DNA from: a virus
Length of the DNA stretch: 43,750 nt
Reading direction: 5' to 3' (one strand)
IMG/VR virus record: IMGVR_UViG_3300033143_003067
Part shown: one piece after another, positions 24,625-32,309 of the stretch
Numbering within the stretch: position 1 is the stretch's first letter
Layout: every line of letters begins with the position of its first letter
Translations under genes and position numbers: made by a program
The notes under the pieces: model-generated
The model's database searches: none
What the model saw: the letters and a program-made list of their open reading frames with translations, nothing else
What the model was told of the DNA's origin: nothing

Positions 24625-24818
24625 AATTTTGCCATTTTAATATGCGAACAATCCCGTTTATACATTGAAGCCACACAATCGCAAAAATACTTATTATTTT
24701 CATCAACTTCCACAATATGATAGCTATTAGGTTCTGATTTACTGGGGACTTTATATTTTTTAACTATCTTTCCTCTGCCAGTTCGTTCTTGAACATAATC
24801 TTGGAGTGTCTTACTCAT
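24612..24818 (-). CDS. SWIM-type zinc-finger protein (68 aa)
   Basis: CDCVASMYKRDCSH fits CxCx(n)CxH. Confidence 0.6.
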   Translation of the reverse strand: MSKTLQDYVQERTGRGKIVKKYKVPSKSEPNSYHIVEVDENNKYFCDCVASMYKRDCSHIKMAKLWKK

Positions 24819-25173
24819 CTCTATCTACAGGCACTTCCTCAAACTTATCTTTTTCCTCTAATGGGAAATCAGTTTTAAATACTTCCACTTCATACTTTGT
24901 ATCCATACCCTCGCCTGTTCTGGTAATCTTAATCTTAGAGTCTTCTTTTACTTCACTCATCTGGTCGGCAAAAGAAGCTGACTGGCTATCTAAGTTCCGA
25001 ACCTGTTTATCTTCTAAATCTTCTAAAAGATAACGGGCATACTCTTTAGTTTCTCCAAAGCTATCTTTTTCTATAAACTTGTATCCTTTATATACACAGG
25101 AATAGCTTTCTCCTGCTTTTATACTAACGAAGTTTGATTTTGATTTAGCGTATTCGTCTAATGTTTTTGTCAT
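24811..25173 (-). CDS. Acidic hypothetical protein (120 aa)
   Basis: Track ORF in the recombination/replication neighbourhood. Confidence 0.6.
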   Translation of the reverse strand: MTKTLDEYAKSKSNFVSIKAGESYSCVYKGYKFIEKDSFGETKEYARYLLEDLEDKQVRNLDSQSASFADQMSEVKEDSKIKITRTGEGMDTKYEVEVFKTDFPLEEKDKFEEVPVDRDE

Positions 25174-25194
25174 AATAGTTTTTTATTATATTTA

Positions 25195-25422
25195 TTAAAT
25201 TATTATTTCAGATTTTTCAAATGGAACTTCAAGCTCTTTATGAAATGCCAATGATTTCTTAAAGTTATCCATTGCTATTTTTTGGGCTTTTTCTAACTTT
25301 TTATGAAATCCATTTTCTAATATGCTTTGTTTATTTTCTCCACGATAACACCATAATCCACAACACCACTTTTTAATACTTGGAAAGTATTTTATTTCTT
25401 GTGTTAATTTTAAGTTTTCCAT
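25195..25422 (-). CDS. Hypothetical protein (75 aa)
   Basis: Track ORF. Confidence 0.55.
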   Translation of the reverse strand: MENLKLTQEIKYFPSIKKWCCGLWCYRGENKQSILENGFHKKLEKAQKIAMDNFKKSLAFHKELEVPFEKSEIII

Positions 25423-25431
25423 AATTTTTAT

Positions 25432-26100
25432 TTATTCTTTATTATCCTTACAATGAGAATGATAGCGACAGAATTTGCTACGCCAGTCCTTATCGTCATA
25501 AAGGGGAAGAATAGATGGGTCTTTTTTCTTCCACGCTTTATTAAGCAGTTCTAACTCTTTCATAACTTCGTTATAGAGTGCCTTATTATCCCTTAAGACG
25601 GGATATTGGAGTATAGTCATATCATCTTTGCTGACATACACTAAACTGCCCTTAGATATCTTTGTAAGCCATAGATAGAGCCATAGCTGGTATTGATGAT
25701 GCCTATGTGCGCCTTCTCCCTTCTTCTCCATCCACCAAAAGGACTTTGAGTGTTTGGATTTAATCTCGTATAACTCTGTATCTCCATTAACTCCGAGTTT
25801 TAAGTCAGCATAACCTGATACATTTAAATCTTTGTCTTCTACTCTAATCTGGGTTTCTACTTTGATGTTAGGATTTAAGGTTAGCTGTTCTACTACCCAA
25901 TCCTCAATCTTATTTCCTATATCAAATACTCTTAAAGTTCTATCGTCTATTTCTGTATCTGGTTTAACGCCTAATCGTTCATAATAAACACCTCTTAAAC
26001 AAGAACCTAATCTGCTGATATGCCAAGAAGTTATTTCTTTCTTTTCTCTTTTATTCTTTTCTTTAAGAGTTTTGTTGATTATGTCTTGAATTGGAATCAT
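25432..26100 (-). CDS. PD-(D/E)xK nuclease, Cas4/RecB-like exonuclease
   Basis: GYADLKL...ELYEIKS supplies the D..ExK core. QYQLWLYLW is the QhxxY motif. There is an N-terminal Cys (LGSCLRG) and a C-terminal FCRYHSHC. Confidence 0.7.
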   Translation of the reverse strand: MIPIQDIINKTLKEKNKREKKEITSWHISRLGSCLRGVYYERLGVKPDTEIDDRTLRVFDIGNKIEDWVVEQLTLNPNIKVETQIRVEDKDLNVSGYADLKLGVNGDTELYEIKSKHSKSFWWMEKKGEGAHRHHQYQLWLYLWLTKISKGSLVYVSKDDMTILQYPVLRDNKALYNEVMKELELLNKAWKKKDPSILPLYDDKDWRSKFCRYHSHCKDNKE

Positions 26101-26390
26101 TTTACTAATTGAAATCTTAATGACTCTGAAACTTTAGATATAGCAATTCCATTTTCTTCTTCAGCTTTTTTTAATTCCTTTATTGCTCCTTCTGATAATT
26201 TAATAGCATTAGAATATGTCCAAGTTTTCTTTTCTACTAATGAAAATGTTCCTAATGGATTTTTAACTTGATTAAGTTCATTCTTTTTCATTTCTTCTAA
26301 ACATTTTACTGATAGCTCTTTCTTTTGGTCTTCTAACTTTTTAATTTGAGTTTGAATGTCAATATATTCAATAAATACTTTTTCTTCCAT
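26097..26390 (-). CDS. Coiled-coil protein (97 aa)
   Basis: Track ORF, ATGA-coupled to the nuclease gene. Confidence 0.6.
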   Translation of the reverse strand: MEEKVFIEYIDIQTQIKKLEDQKKELSVKCLEEMKKNELNQVKNPLGTFSLVEKKTWTYSNAIKLSEGAIKELKKAEEENGIAISKVSESLRFQLVK

Positions 26391-26397
26391 AATAGTT

Positions 26398-26658
26398 TTA
26401 TTTAGATTTACTATTTTGTTCTTCTTCTAACCTTCTTTCTTCCACTTCTTCTGGATTAAAGTCAGGTTCGTCTATTAATTCTCCTATTAACGACATTTGT
26501 TGTTCGTGAGCTTTGAATACTTTTTTTAGTTCTTTGTTTTCCATTGTTTTATTTAAAGAAGCAAGATATTCCTCTGGAAAGGGTTTAAGCAAGTAAATGC
26601 TGAACAGCCAACTTGCCTCTTGCTTCTTTAAATGTTCACCATTAATTAATCCCCCCAA
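26398..26658 (-). CDS. Hypothetical acidic protein (86 aa)
   Basis: Track ORF. Confidence 0.55.
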   Translation of the reverse strand: MGGLINGEHLKKQEASWLFSIYLLKPFPEEYLASLNKTMENKELKKVFKAHEQQMSLIGELIDEPDFNPEEVEERRLEEEQNSKSK

Positions 26659-26828
26659 TAATACTTGTTATCCTCCTCTTCTTCTTCTGCGTCTATTCTT
26701 TCTCTTGACTCCTCTTCTAAACTTTGTCTTTTGTTAGCTTCTGCTGTTAGACGCTTTGACTCTTCTTCGGTAAGAAGACCTTTTCTGATTTGTTTGCGAT
26801 AGATAGCTGGCTGGGTTAGTTTAGTCAT
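26646..26828 (-). CDS. Hypothetical charged protein (60 aa)
   Basis: Track ORF. Confidence 0.5.
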   Translation of the reverse strand: MTKLTQPAIYRKQIRKGLLTEEESKRLTAEANKRQSLEEESRERIDAEEEEEDNKYYWGD

Positions 26829-27018
26829 AATTTTGTTTTATATTAGGTTTATATTCTCCACAATAATCATTTTCTGAATTATGAGGATAATAAACTCCTA
26901 AATTACCAGAAAAAGTTATAGATGGAGGAAGTCTTTTACAATATCCAAAACCTTTTCTATCACGAAAGTTTTCTACTTTCTCAAAATACTTACAATTTTT
27001 ACAGGTTTGTTTTTTCAT
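26821..27018 (-). CDS. Cys-rich small protein (65 aa)
   Basis: CKNCKY...YCKRL...YCGEY. Confidence 0.55.
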   Translation of the reverse strand: MKKQTCKNCKYFEKVENFRDRKGFGYCKRLPPSITFSGNLGVYYPHNSENDYCGEYKPNIKQNYD

Positions 27019-27086
27019 ATTAATACCAAACTAATAAACGCCATTACTACTAAACATATCATTCCTATTAGGGCTTGATTGTCCAT
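27015..27086 (-). CDS. Possible 23-aa hydrophobic micropeptide
   Basis: Hand-translated as MDNQALIGMICLVVMAFISLVLI, ATGA-coupled. Confidence 0.25.
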   Translation of the reverse strand: MDNQALIGMICLVVMAFISLVLI

Positions 27087-27092
27087 AATAGT

Positions 27093-27266
27093 TTATTTAT
27101 TTATTTTTGCTTTGCCGACCTTTTTTGTTTCTCTTAAATCTTTATTTTTATTGAAGAAACATAATCCACAAGTAGAAGTATTACCTTTTTTATTATCATA
27201 TCCAGCAAAACTCATTTCATTTTCTCCAAATTCTTTTTTACAAATTGAACATTTATTTTTTTTCAT
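27093..27266 (-). CDS. Zinc-ribbon microprotein (57 aa)
   Basis: Hand-translated as MKKNKCSICKKEFGENEMSF...TCGLCFFNK. Confidence 0.5.
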   Translation of the reverse strand: MKKNKCSICKKEFGENEMSFAGYDNKKGNTSTCGLCFFNKNKDLRETKKVGKAKINK

Positions 27267-27396
27267 TGTTATTTTTTTTTATTTGGTCTAATAGTTTATT
27301 TTGTTTCTGTTGTAATCCTTTTATTTTTAGAATTCGTTTTCTTGATCGTCTTATTTTTTCATTTAACACTTTGATTTTTTTGTCTTTTTTATCCAT
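27253..27396 (-). CDS. Basic coiled-coil microprotein (47 aa)
   Basis: Hand-translated as MDKKDKKIKVLNEKIRRSRKRILKIKGLQQKQNKLL. Confidence 0.4.
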   Translation of the reverse strand: MDKKDKKIKVLNEKIRRSRKRILKIKGLQQKQNKLLDQIKKNNNEKK

Positions 27397-27476
27397 ATAT
27401 TTTTTAGTTATGATTTATTACCTCATCCTTATATTTTAATCTTATCATACCAAGATACCTTGTCAACCTCAACCTG

Positions 27477-27737
27477 TTAATAACTTTTCTCCCCCCTCAT
27501 AATCCACTCCACTTCTTCTTTACTAATTAAGATTTTACTACTACAACGACATCTAACAAGCTTCTCGGAATTGTCGTCTATTCTTACTAAACACCATTTT
27601 CCACAAGATATACACTTGATTAAGATATTGAACCAATTTCTATCGTAATCGTTAAAATAACACTCTCTGGAACAATACTTTTGTTTATTGTGATGAGTGT
27701 TGTAGGAGTTATTATAAGATATACATTGTTTTATCAT
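27477..27737 (-). CDS. Cys-rich zinc-ribbon protein (86 aa)
   Basis: YCSRECY...CISCGKWC...RCRC. Confidence 0.55.
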   Translation of the reverse strand: MIKQCISYNNSYNTHHNKQKYCSRECYFNDYDRNWFNILIKCISCGKWCLVRIDDNSEKLVRCRCSSKILISKEEVEWIMRGEKSY

Positions 27738-27763
27738 GGTTTGTTATTATTTTTCTTCTTCCC

Positions 27764-27904
27764 CTAATAATCAATGTCCTTGCCTCCACATTCGGCTTTA
27801 TTTTTACAAGTCCATACTTTTTTAAAACCAGAAGAACTTATAAGCATAGGAGTAAGGCAATTTGAACAAAGCGAAGCGATTTTTTGTGGTTTAATTTTTC
27901 TCAT
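27764..27904 (-). CDS. Zinc-ribbon microprotein (46 aa)
   Basis: Hand-translated as MRKIKPQKIASLCSNCLTPM...WTCKNKAECGG. Confidence 0.45.
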   Translation of the reverse strand: MRKIKPQKIASLCSNCLTPMLISSSGFKKVWTCKNKAECGGKDIDY

Positions 27905-28172
27905 AATGTTTTAAAACCATTATCGTCTTTTTCTCCATCATCTTTATTTCTTCAAAATTACCTTTAGGCATCCAAAATGTTCTTCCACAATCATTACATT
28001 GATATTTATTATAACGAGTGGCAAATTGTGCCCAAGGTGAACTATATTCAATCTTTGTTTCTCCACCAAGCCCATAATCATTATATTCTATACAATTCAT
28101 ATACTTGTGATGTCCAAGCATATGCCATAAGTTGTATTTTTTTTTATAACATTGTTTTATTTCTTTTGTCAT
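27891..28172 (-). CDS. Cys/His-rich small protein (93 aa)
   Basis: Track ORF with a CNDCGRTF motif. Confidence 0.55.
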   Translation of the reverse strand: MTKEIKQCYKKKYNLWHMLGHHKYMNCIEYNDYGLGGETKIEYSSPWAQFATRYNKYQCNDCGRTFWMPKGNFEEIKMMEKKTIMVLKHYEKN

Positions 28173-28213
28173 ATTATTTAGTTTCTTCTATTTCTGGTTT
28201 GGGTTTTCTCATA

Positions 28214-28921
28214 TTATTTATAAACTATATCTTTCTTATTACCATTAAACTCAAGCCATTGGCCGCCCTCTTTAGGAATACACCAGAGTTTACCTTTGAC
28301 ATCTCTAACTTCTAAATCGTTATAATAGGGTTTTTTCCCATCTTCTCTTTTTTTAAAAGAAGAAGGATTTGTATTCTTATTCTTATTAAGATTAAGATTA
28401 AGATTAGAATTAAGATAGTTCAAAGGGTATGTATAGGGTATAGATAGGGTATTCAATCTATATCGTATTGATTGGGGTATTTTATCTAAAATTGTCTCTA
28501 TTCCTGTCTTTATTAGAGGACTTCTGTTATATTCTTGATGTTTTGGGAAGTTAGCTATTATTATCCAACTATCAATATAGGTTATTTTTTTATCTTTTTT
28601 AAACTTTTTAAGTATATTATTAACTGCTTTCATTTTTATTCCAGTATCAAAAGATATTTGTTTTAAAGATATTTCATAAATCCCAGCTATATTTGTTAGA
28701 GGATTTGTTAGAAAGTATAAAAATAAATACTTTTGAGTAGGATCTAAATCTGAAATATAGCTATCAGTCCAGAATTTTGTATTAATATAGCGATGACTTG
28801 CCATTATAAAACGAAGCGCCTCCAAACCAGTGAAGGCGTGGAGGCACAACTTTAAGCTCAAAATTGTATTAGTGTGATAGTTGCCTTCACTGGATACTTT
28901 AATTTTATCAAACCAAGACAA
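28214..28921 (-). CDS. DnaD-like replisome organiser / replication initiation protein. The likely true start is ATG 28804.
   Basis: FWTDSYISDLDPTQKYLFLYFLTNPLTNIAGIYEISLKQISFDTG resembles the phage DnaD/replisome-organiser N-terminal domain. The segment 28805-28921 is packed with GC-rich inverted repeats. Confidence 0.6.
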   Translation of the reverse strand: MSWFDKIKVSSEGNYHTNTILSLKLCLHAFTGLEALRFIMASHRYINTKFWTDSYISDLDPTQKYLFLYFLTNPLTNIAGIYEISLKQISFDTGIKMKAVNNILKKFKKDKKITYIDSWIIIANFPKHQEYNRSPLIKTGIETILDKIPQSIRYRLNTLSIPYTYPLNYLNSNLNLNLNKNKNTNPSSFKKREDGKKPYYNDLEVRDVKGKLWCIPKEGGQWLEFNGNKKDIVYK

Positions 28922-28966
28922 TAAGTCAATAACCTTGTTCTGTGGAAAACTCCATCTTTTTGCCTA

Positions 28967-28994
28967 TTGACTTTCTCTGTCAGTATGCTAAGAT
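28967..28994 (+). promoter_or_regulatory. Sigma70-like promoter candidate for the tRNA-like RNA
   Basis: TTGACT (28967-28972), a 16-nt spacer, then TAAGAT (28989-28994). Confidence 0.3.
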
Positions 28995-29034
28995 AGAATC
29001 ACTCAAGCCATAGAAATTACCACTTGGGTTTTAT

Positions 29035-29252
29035 GGGATAGTTGCTAGTTAGGAAGAACTAGATAGGAAGCAAGATGACAACTTACTTCTGAAATTATAA
29101 TTAGGGTTGCGAATCCTTTTGGTGTTGCCCATCATTTCGTCTGGGGGTTAAAAGTTTCTAAGCCGAAGAGCCCGAAAGGGTGGGCGAAAGCCCCGTTCGG
29201 CAAAGAAGCGAACCAGTAAAAACCAATGGGGTGCGAATCCCCATCTATCCCT
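29035..29252 (+). ncRNA. tRNA-shaped structured RNA with a 135-nt insert (three-way junction with two GAAA tetraloop hairpins). It is not a canonical tRNA.
   Basis: The acceptor-like helix is GGGATAG 29035-29041 / CTATCCC 29245-29251. The T-arm-like hairpin spans 29226-29244 (loop TGCGAAT). The anticodon-like loop AUGACAA spans 29075-29081. The three-way junction spans 29162-29201. Confidence 0.5.
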
Positions 29253-29297
29253 TACTATCATGACAAATCAAAATACTCATTTTAATAAAGATGAAAC

Positions 29298-29327
29298 AGC
29301 CCTTTAAAAGTAGGGTTTTTATTTTTT
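29298..29327 (+). terminator. Intrinsic terminator candidate after the structured RNA
   Basis: AGCCCT 29298-29303 pairs with AGGGTT 29312-29317 (one G.U) and is followed by TTTTTATTTTTT. Confidence 0.5.
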
Positions 29328-29334
29328 AAGAATT

Positions 29335-29490
29335 ATGGCAAGTGAAAAAAAACAATTGAATAAGAATATATCAGAGAACCCAATTTTTATAGTTTTTGGG
29401 TCAATAGTAATTAGATTATTGGAATTAAACGCAATAGTAATGTCTTTCGGTTTAATTATCTATATGATTTTTCTTGCTTTTGTTAAATAA
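29335..29490 (+). CDS. Small membrane protein (51 aa)
   Basis: Hand-translated as MASEKKQLNKNISENPIFIVFGSIVIRLLELNAIVMSFGLIIYMIFLAFVK; 52 codons checked. Confidence 0.45.
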   Translation: MASEKKQLNKNISENPIFIVFGSIVIRLLELNAIVMSFGLIIYMIFLAFVK

Positions 29491-29627
29491 GATTGTAATA
29501 ATGTGGAAGTATTACTCATTTATTTTTTGGACTATGGGTAGAATATTGGAAGTTATGCTATGAAATATATTTTTTCAAAGCATTAAAAGAGTATTCTATC
29601 CAGAGTTCAGTAAATAACCCTTTCACC

Positions 29628-29795
29628 CTAAAGCAGGGACATCATTTCAAGGTTTCACTTATAAGCGGATAAGCCCAAATTATTCCGAAAAGCAGAGACA
29701 GAAATCAAGTAAGTGGTGTTCCATACTTTCTTTTTATTTTCAACCTTTATCTATTCATTGAAAGTAAAATTCTGTCTGTTATGTCTCTGCTTTAG
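29628..29795. promoter_or_regulatory. Three copies (two direct, one inverted) of a 15-nt motif CTAAAGCAG[A/G]GACAT upstream of the late operon
   Basis: The copies lie at 29628-29642, 29687-29701 (GAAAAGCAGAGACAG) and, inverted, 29781-29795. Confidence 0.55.
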
Positions 29796-29813
29796 GTTAA
29801 AAATACTAAAACA

Positions 29814-30023
29814 ATGCTTAAACAAAAAGGTAAAATAGGTATATTCAATAAGTATAGTTATCATTGCGATGAATGTAAAAAAGAACTAAAAGATATGAAT
29901 GATTATCCAATGTTATTTAATGGAATAAAAACTGAATGGGACTATATTATGAGAGATACTTTAAGAATTGGTAATAAGTGGCAACAAATAAAATCAATAA
30001 TTTGTAATAATTGTTTGAATTAA
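29814..30023 (+). CDS. Zinc-ribbon protein, first gene of the late operon (69 aa)
   Basis: HCDECKK...ICNNCLN. Confidence 0.6.
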   Translation: MLKQKGKIGIFNKYSYHCDECKKELKDMNDYPMLFNGIKTEWDYIMRDTLRIGNKWQQIKSIICNNCLN

Positions 30024-30043
30024 AAAGATAACAATTTATTAAG

Positions 30044-30418
30044 ATGACTCCTAAGCAACAGAAGCTAATAAATATCATTACAGAGAATTACAGAGATAAA
30101 AAAACTACAAAAACTTTAAAGAAAATGCTCTTGGAAGCTGGATATACTACTGAAACTTCAGAACAGGCAATTAGGATATTAGAAAGTAAAACTATTCAAG
30201 ATAAATTATCTCCTATTGTTGATAAATTAAATAAAAAAAGAGATAAAGCATTAAAGTTTATTTCAGATGAGAAATTAAAAAAGAGTTCAGCAAGAGATTT
30301 ATCAGGTATAGTAGATGTTTTAACTAAAAACTCTCAACTATTATCAGGCAAAGAAACAGAAAAAGCAGGTATAACTATTGAAGTAGTAGATTATGATAAA
30401 GATAACAATTCCCCATGA
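30044..30418 (+). CDS. terS: Terminase small subunit (putative)
   Basis: 124 aa, helical and basic, immediately upstream of terL and overlapping it. Confidence 0.6.
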   Translation: MTPKQQKLINIITENYRDKKTTKTLKKMLLEAGYTTETSEQAIRILESKTIQDKLSPIVDKLNKKRDKALKFISDEKLKKSSARDLSGIVDVLTKNSQLLSGKETEKAGITIEVVDYDKDNNSP

Positions 30419-31682
30419 ATATACGCCAAGAAGTTATCAGTTAGAACTTTTAAAAGCACCACAAAGATTCAAGATAGCTGTCTGGAATAGAAGAAGCGGT
30501 AAATCTAAAACAGCTCTTAATCAGCAGATAGCCAGAACACAAAAAAGAAAAGGTATCTACTATTATTTCCTCCCAACTTATAAACAAGCCAAGCAGGTAA
30601 TATGGGATGCATTAGTTAAAGAACATATCCCTCTTGAAATAGTAGATAAATTAAACGAAAGTGAGTTAGCAGTTTATTATAAGAACGGAAGTATTCAAAG
30701 ATTTGCTGGTTGTGAGGATATAGATAAACATAGAGGAATAGGCCCGATAGATATAGTTTTTGATGAGTATGCTGAGATTAACGAGGAAATGTGGAATGCT
30801 ATTATTCAGCCGGTATTAAGAGAAAATCAAGGCACAGCCACATTTATCTTCACTCCTAAAGGAAAGAACCACGCTTGGAAGTTATTAGAAAAGGCTAAGC
30901 AGAATCCTAATTACTGGTATTGGAGCGTAAAAGATGTTTATGAAACCGACTCCATACCCTTAGAAGAGATAGAAGAAGCTAAGCGAGATATGACTGAGGT
31001 TCTTTTTAATCAGGAGTTTCTCTGTGAGTTTCACGAAGGAGCTGGTCAGGTATTTAGAAGAATAAAAAAGAATCTTTATAGTGGTCATTTAAGCATAGAA
31101 GCAGATAAGAGATTTAGAATAGGAGTAGATCTAGCCAAGCATCAGGATTGGACTGTTCTTACTCCATTTGACCTTACAAGCTTCAAGGTAGGACATCAGG
31201 ATAGATTCAACCAGATAGATTGGAACTTACAAGAAGCGCGCATAGAAGCTATGCATTTGAGGTATAATAAGGCCTTGATACGAGTAGATAGCACAGGAGT
31301 TGGAGACCCTATCTATGAAAATCTTAGTAAAAAGAGATTACCAGTAGAATCTTATCAATTCACAGAACGAAGCAAGCAGGCATTGTTTGAAAATCTCGTT
31401 ATCTTATTAGAAAAAGATAAGATAAAGCTTCCTAATGATATAGGGTTGATAGAAGAATTAGAAAGCTGGCAGTATAAATATGACGAGAAGACTAAGAAGA
31501 TTAAAATGGAAACTAACACCACAGATGACCGAGTAATAAGTTTAGCCTTAGCAGTCTGGGACTTGCCTAATGTTCCATTAAGTTATCAAAAAGAAAGAGA
31601 ACGAGAAATCTTGAGCCAATTTGACCATTATAAAGATAAACCACTCAAACAGCGAGGAGTGGAGAAGTATAAGATATTATGA
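30393..31682 (+). CDS. terL: Terminase large subunit
   Basis: Walker A-like NRRSGKSKT. Walker B IDIVFDEYAE. The nuclease half has GVDLAKHQDWTVL, RVDSTGVGDPIYE and TDDRVISLALAVW. Confidence 0.85.
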   Translation: MIKITIPHEYTPRSYQLELLKAPQRFKIAVWNRRSGKSKTALNQQIARTQKRKGIYYYFLPTYKQAKQVIWDALVKEHIPLEIVDKLNESELAVYYKNGSIQRFAGCEDIDKHRGIGPIDIVFDEYAEINEEMWNAIIQPVLRENQGTATFIFTPKGKNHAWKLLEKAKQNPNYWYWSVKDVYETDSIPLEEIEEAKRDMTEVLFNQEFLCEFHEGAGQVFRRIKKNLYSGHLSIEADKRFRIGVDLAKHQDWTVLTPFDLTSFKVGHQDRFNQIDWNLQEARIEAMHLRYNKALIRVDSTGVGDPIYENLSKKRLPVESYQFTERSKQALFENLVILLEKDKIKLPNDIGLIEELESWQYKYDEKTKKIKMETNTTDDRVISLALAVWDLPNVPLSYQKEREREILSQFDHYKDKPLKQRGVEKYKIL

Positions 31683-31888
31683 ATCTTTTAAAAGCTCTTA
31701 AATCTCTATTCAAGAAAAAAGAACCAGTTAAGAAAAAAGAACCAGAAATAGTTGAAGAAATCAAAGAAGACATCAAACCAGAAATAGAAAGCAAGTATAA
31801 AATAATAAAAGAATGTCCTGGTGGTTTTCATTCTTGGATAGAAAAAGACGGAAGAATAATGAGAAAAGAGAACAAATATGTCTATTAA
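31679..31888 (+). CDS. Small Lys/Glu-rich protein (69 aa)
   Basis: Track ORF, ATGA-coupled to terL. Confidence 0.55.
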   Translation: MNLLKALKSLFKKKEPVKKKEPEIVEEIKEDIKPEIESKYKIIKECPGGFHSWIEKDGRIMRKENKYVY

Positions 31889-32162
31889 ACCATTCAACGA
31901 AAATATCCTAATAAAACCCATAAAACCAGAAAAAACCAAGTCAGGACTTATCTATCCAGACACTAACAAGTCAGAAAACATAGCAGAAGGCGAAGTTATT
32001 TCAACTGGAGCAGGTCGTCATACTTTAGTGGGAGTCCTTCCCTTAAAGATAAAAAAAGGAGATAAAGTAATTTTTATCCACTATTCTCCTCGTAAGATAA
32101 AGCATAAAGGAGAGGAGTTTATGCTTATTAGCGAGGATGATGTGTTGGCTGTGGTAGAATGA
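31878..32162 (+). CDS. groES: Co-chaperonin GroES
   Basis: 94 aa. IKPFNENILIKP...KTKSGLIYP...AEGEVISTGAG...KKGDKVIF...ISEDDVLAVVE aligns along the full length of GroES. Confidence 0.85.
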   Translation: MSIKPFNENILIKPIKPEKTKSGLIYPDTNKSENIAEGEVISTGAGRHTLVGVLPLKIKKGDKVIFIHYSPRKIKHKGEEFMLISEDDVLAVVE

Positions 32163-32309
32163 AAAACTTTGAAACCAGATTAAACGACCATAAACTCTCT
32201 TTAGAGTTATTATATTGCCTTATAAAAACACTCTTCTATCATTTAAAGTTAGATTATAAGATAGAGAGAGATACGAGTGGGTATGTTATAAAAATTAAAC
32301 CTAAAAAAA

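Noticed and set aside
29035-29252. Interpreting the tRNA-like element as a tmRNA, as a phage attP copy of a host tRNA 3' half, or as a tRNA with a group I intron
   Set aside because: Pair 3:70 is G-C, not the G.U alanine determinant, and I found no plausible Ala-rich tag reading frame. The genome has no integrase, and both acceptor strands are present. The insert sits in the variable-region position and, at 135 nt, is too short for a group I intron. None of these is excluded without a covariance-model search.
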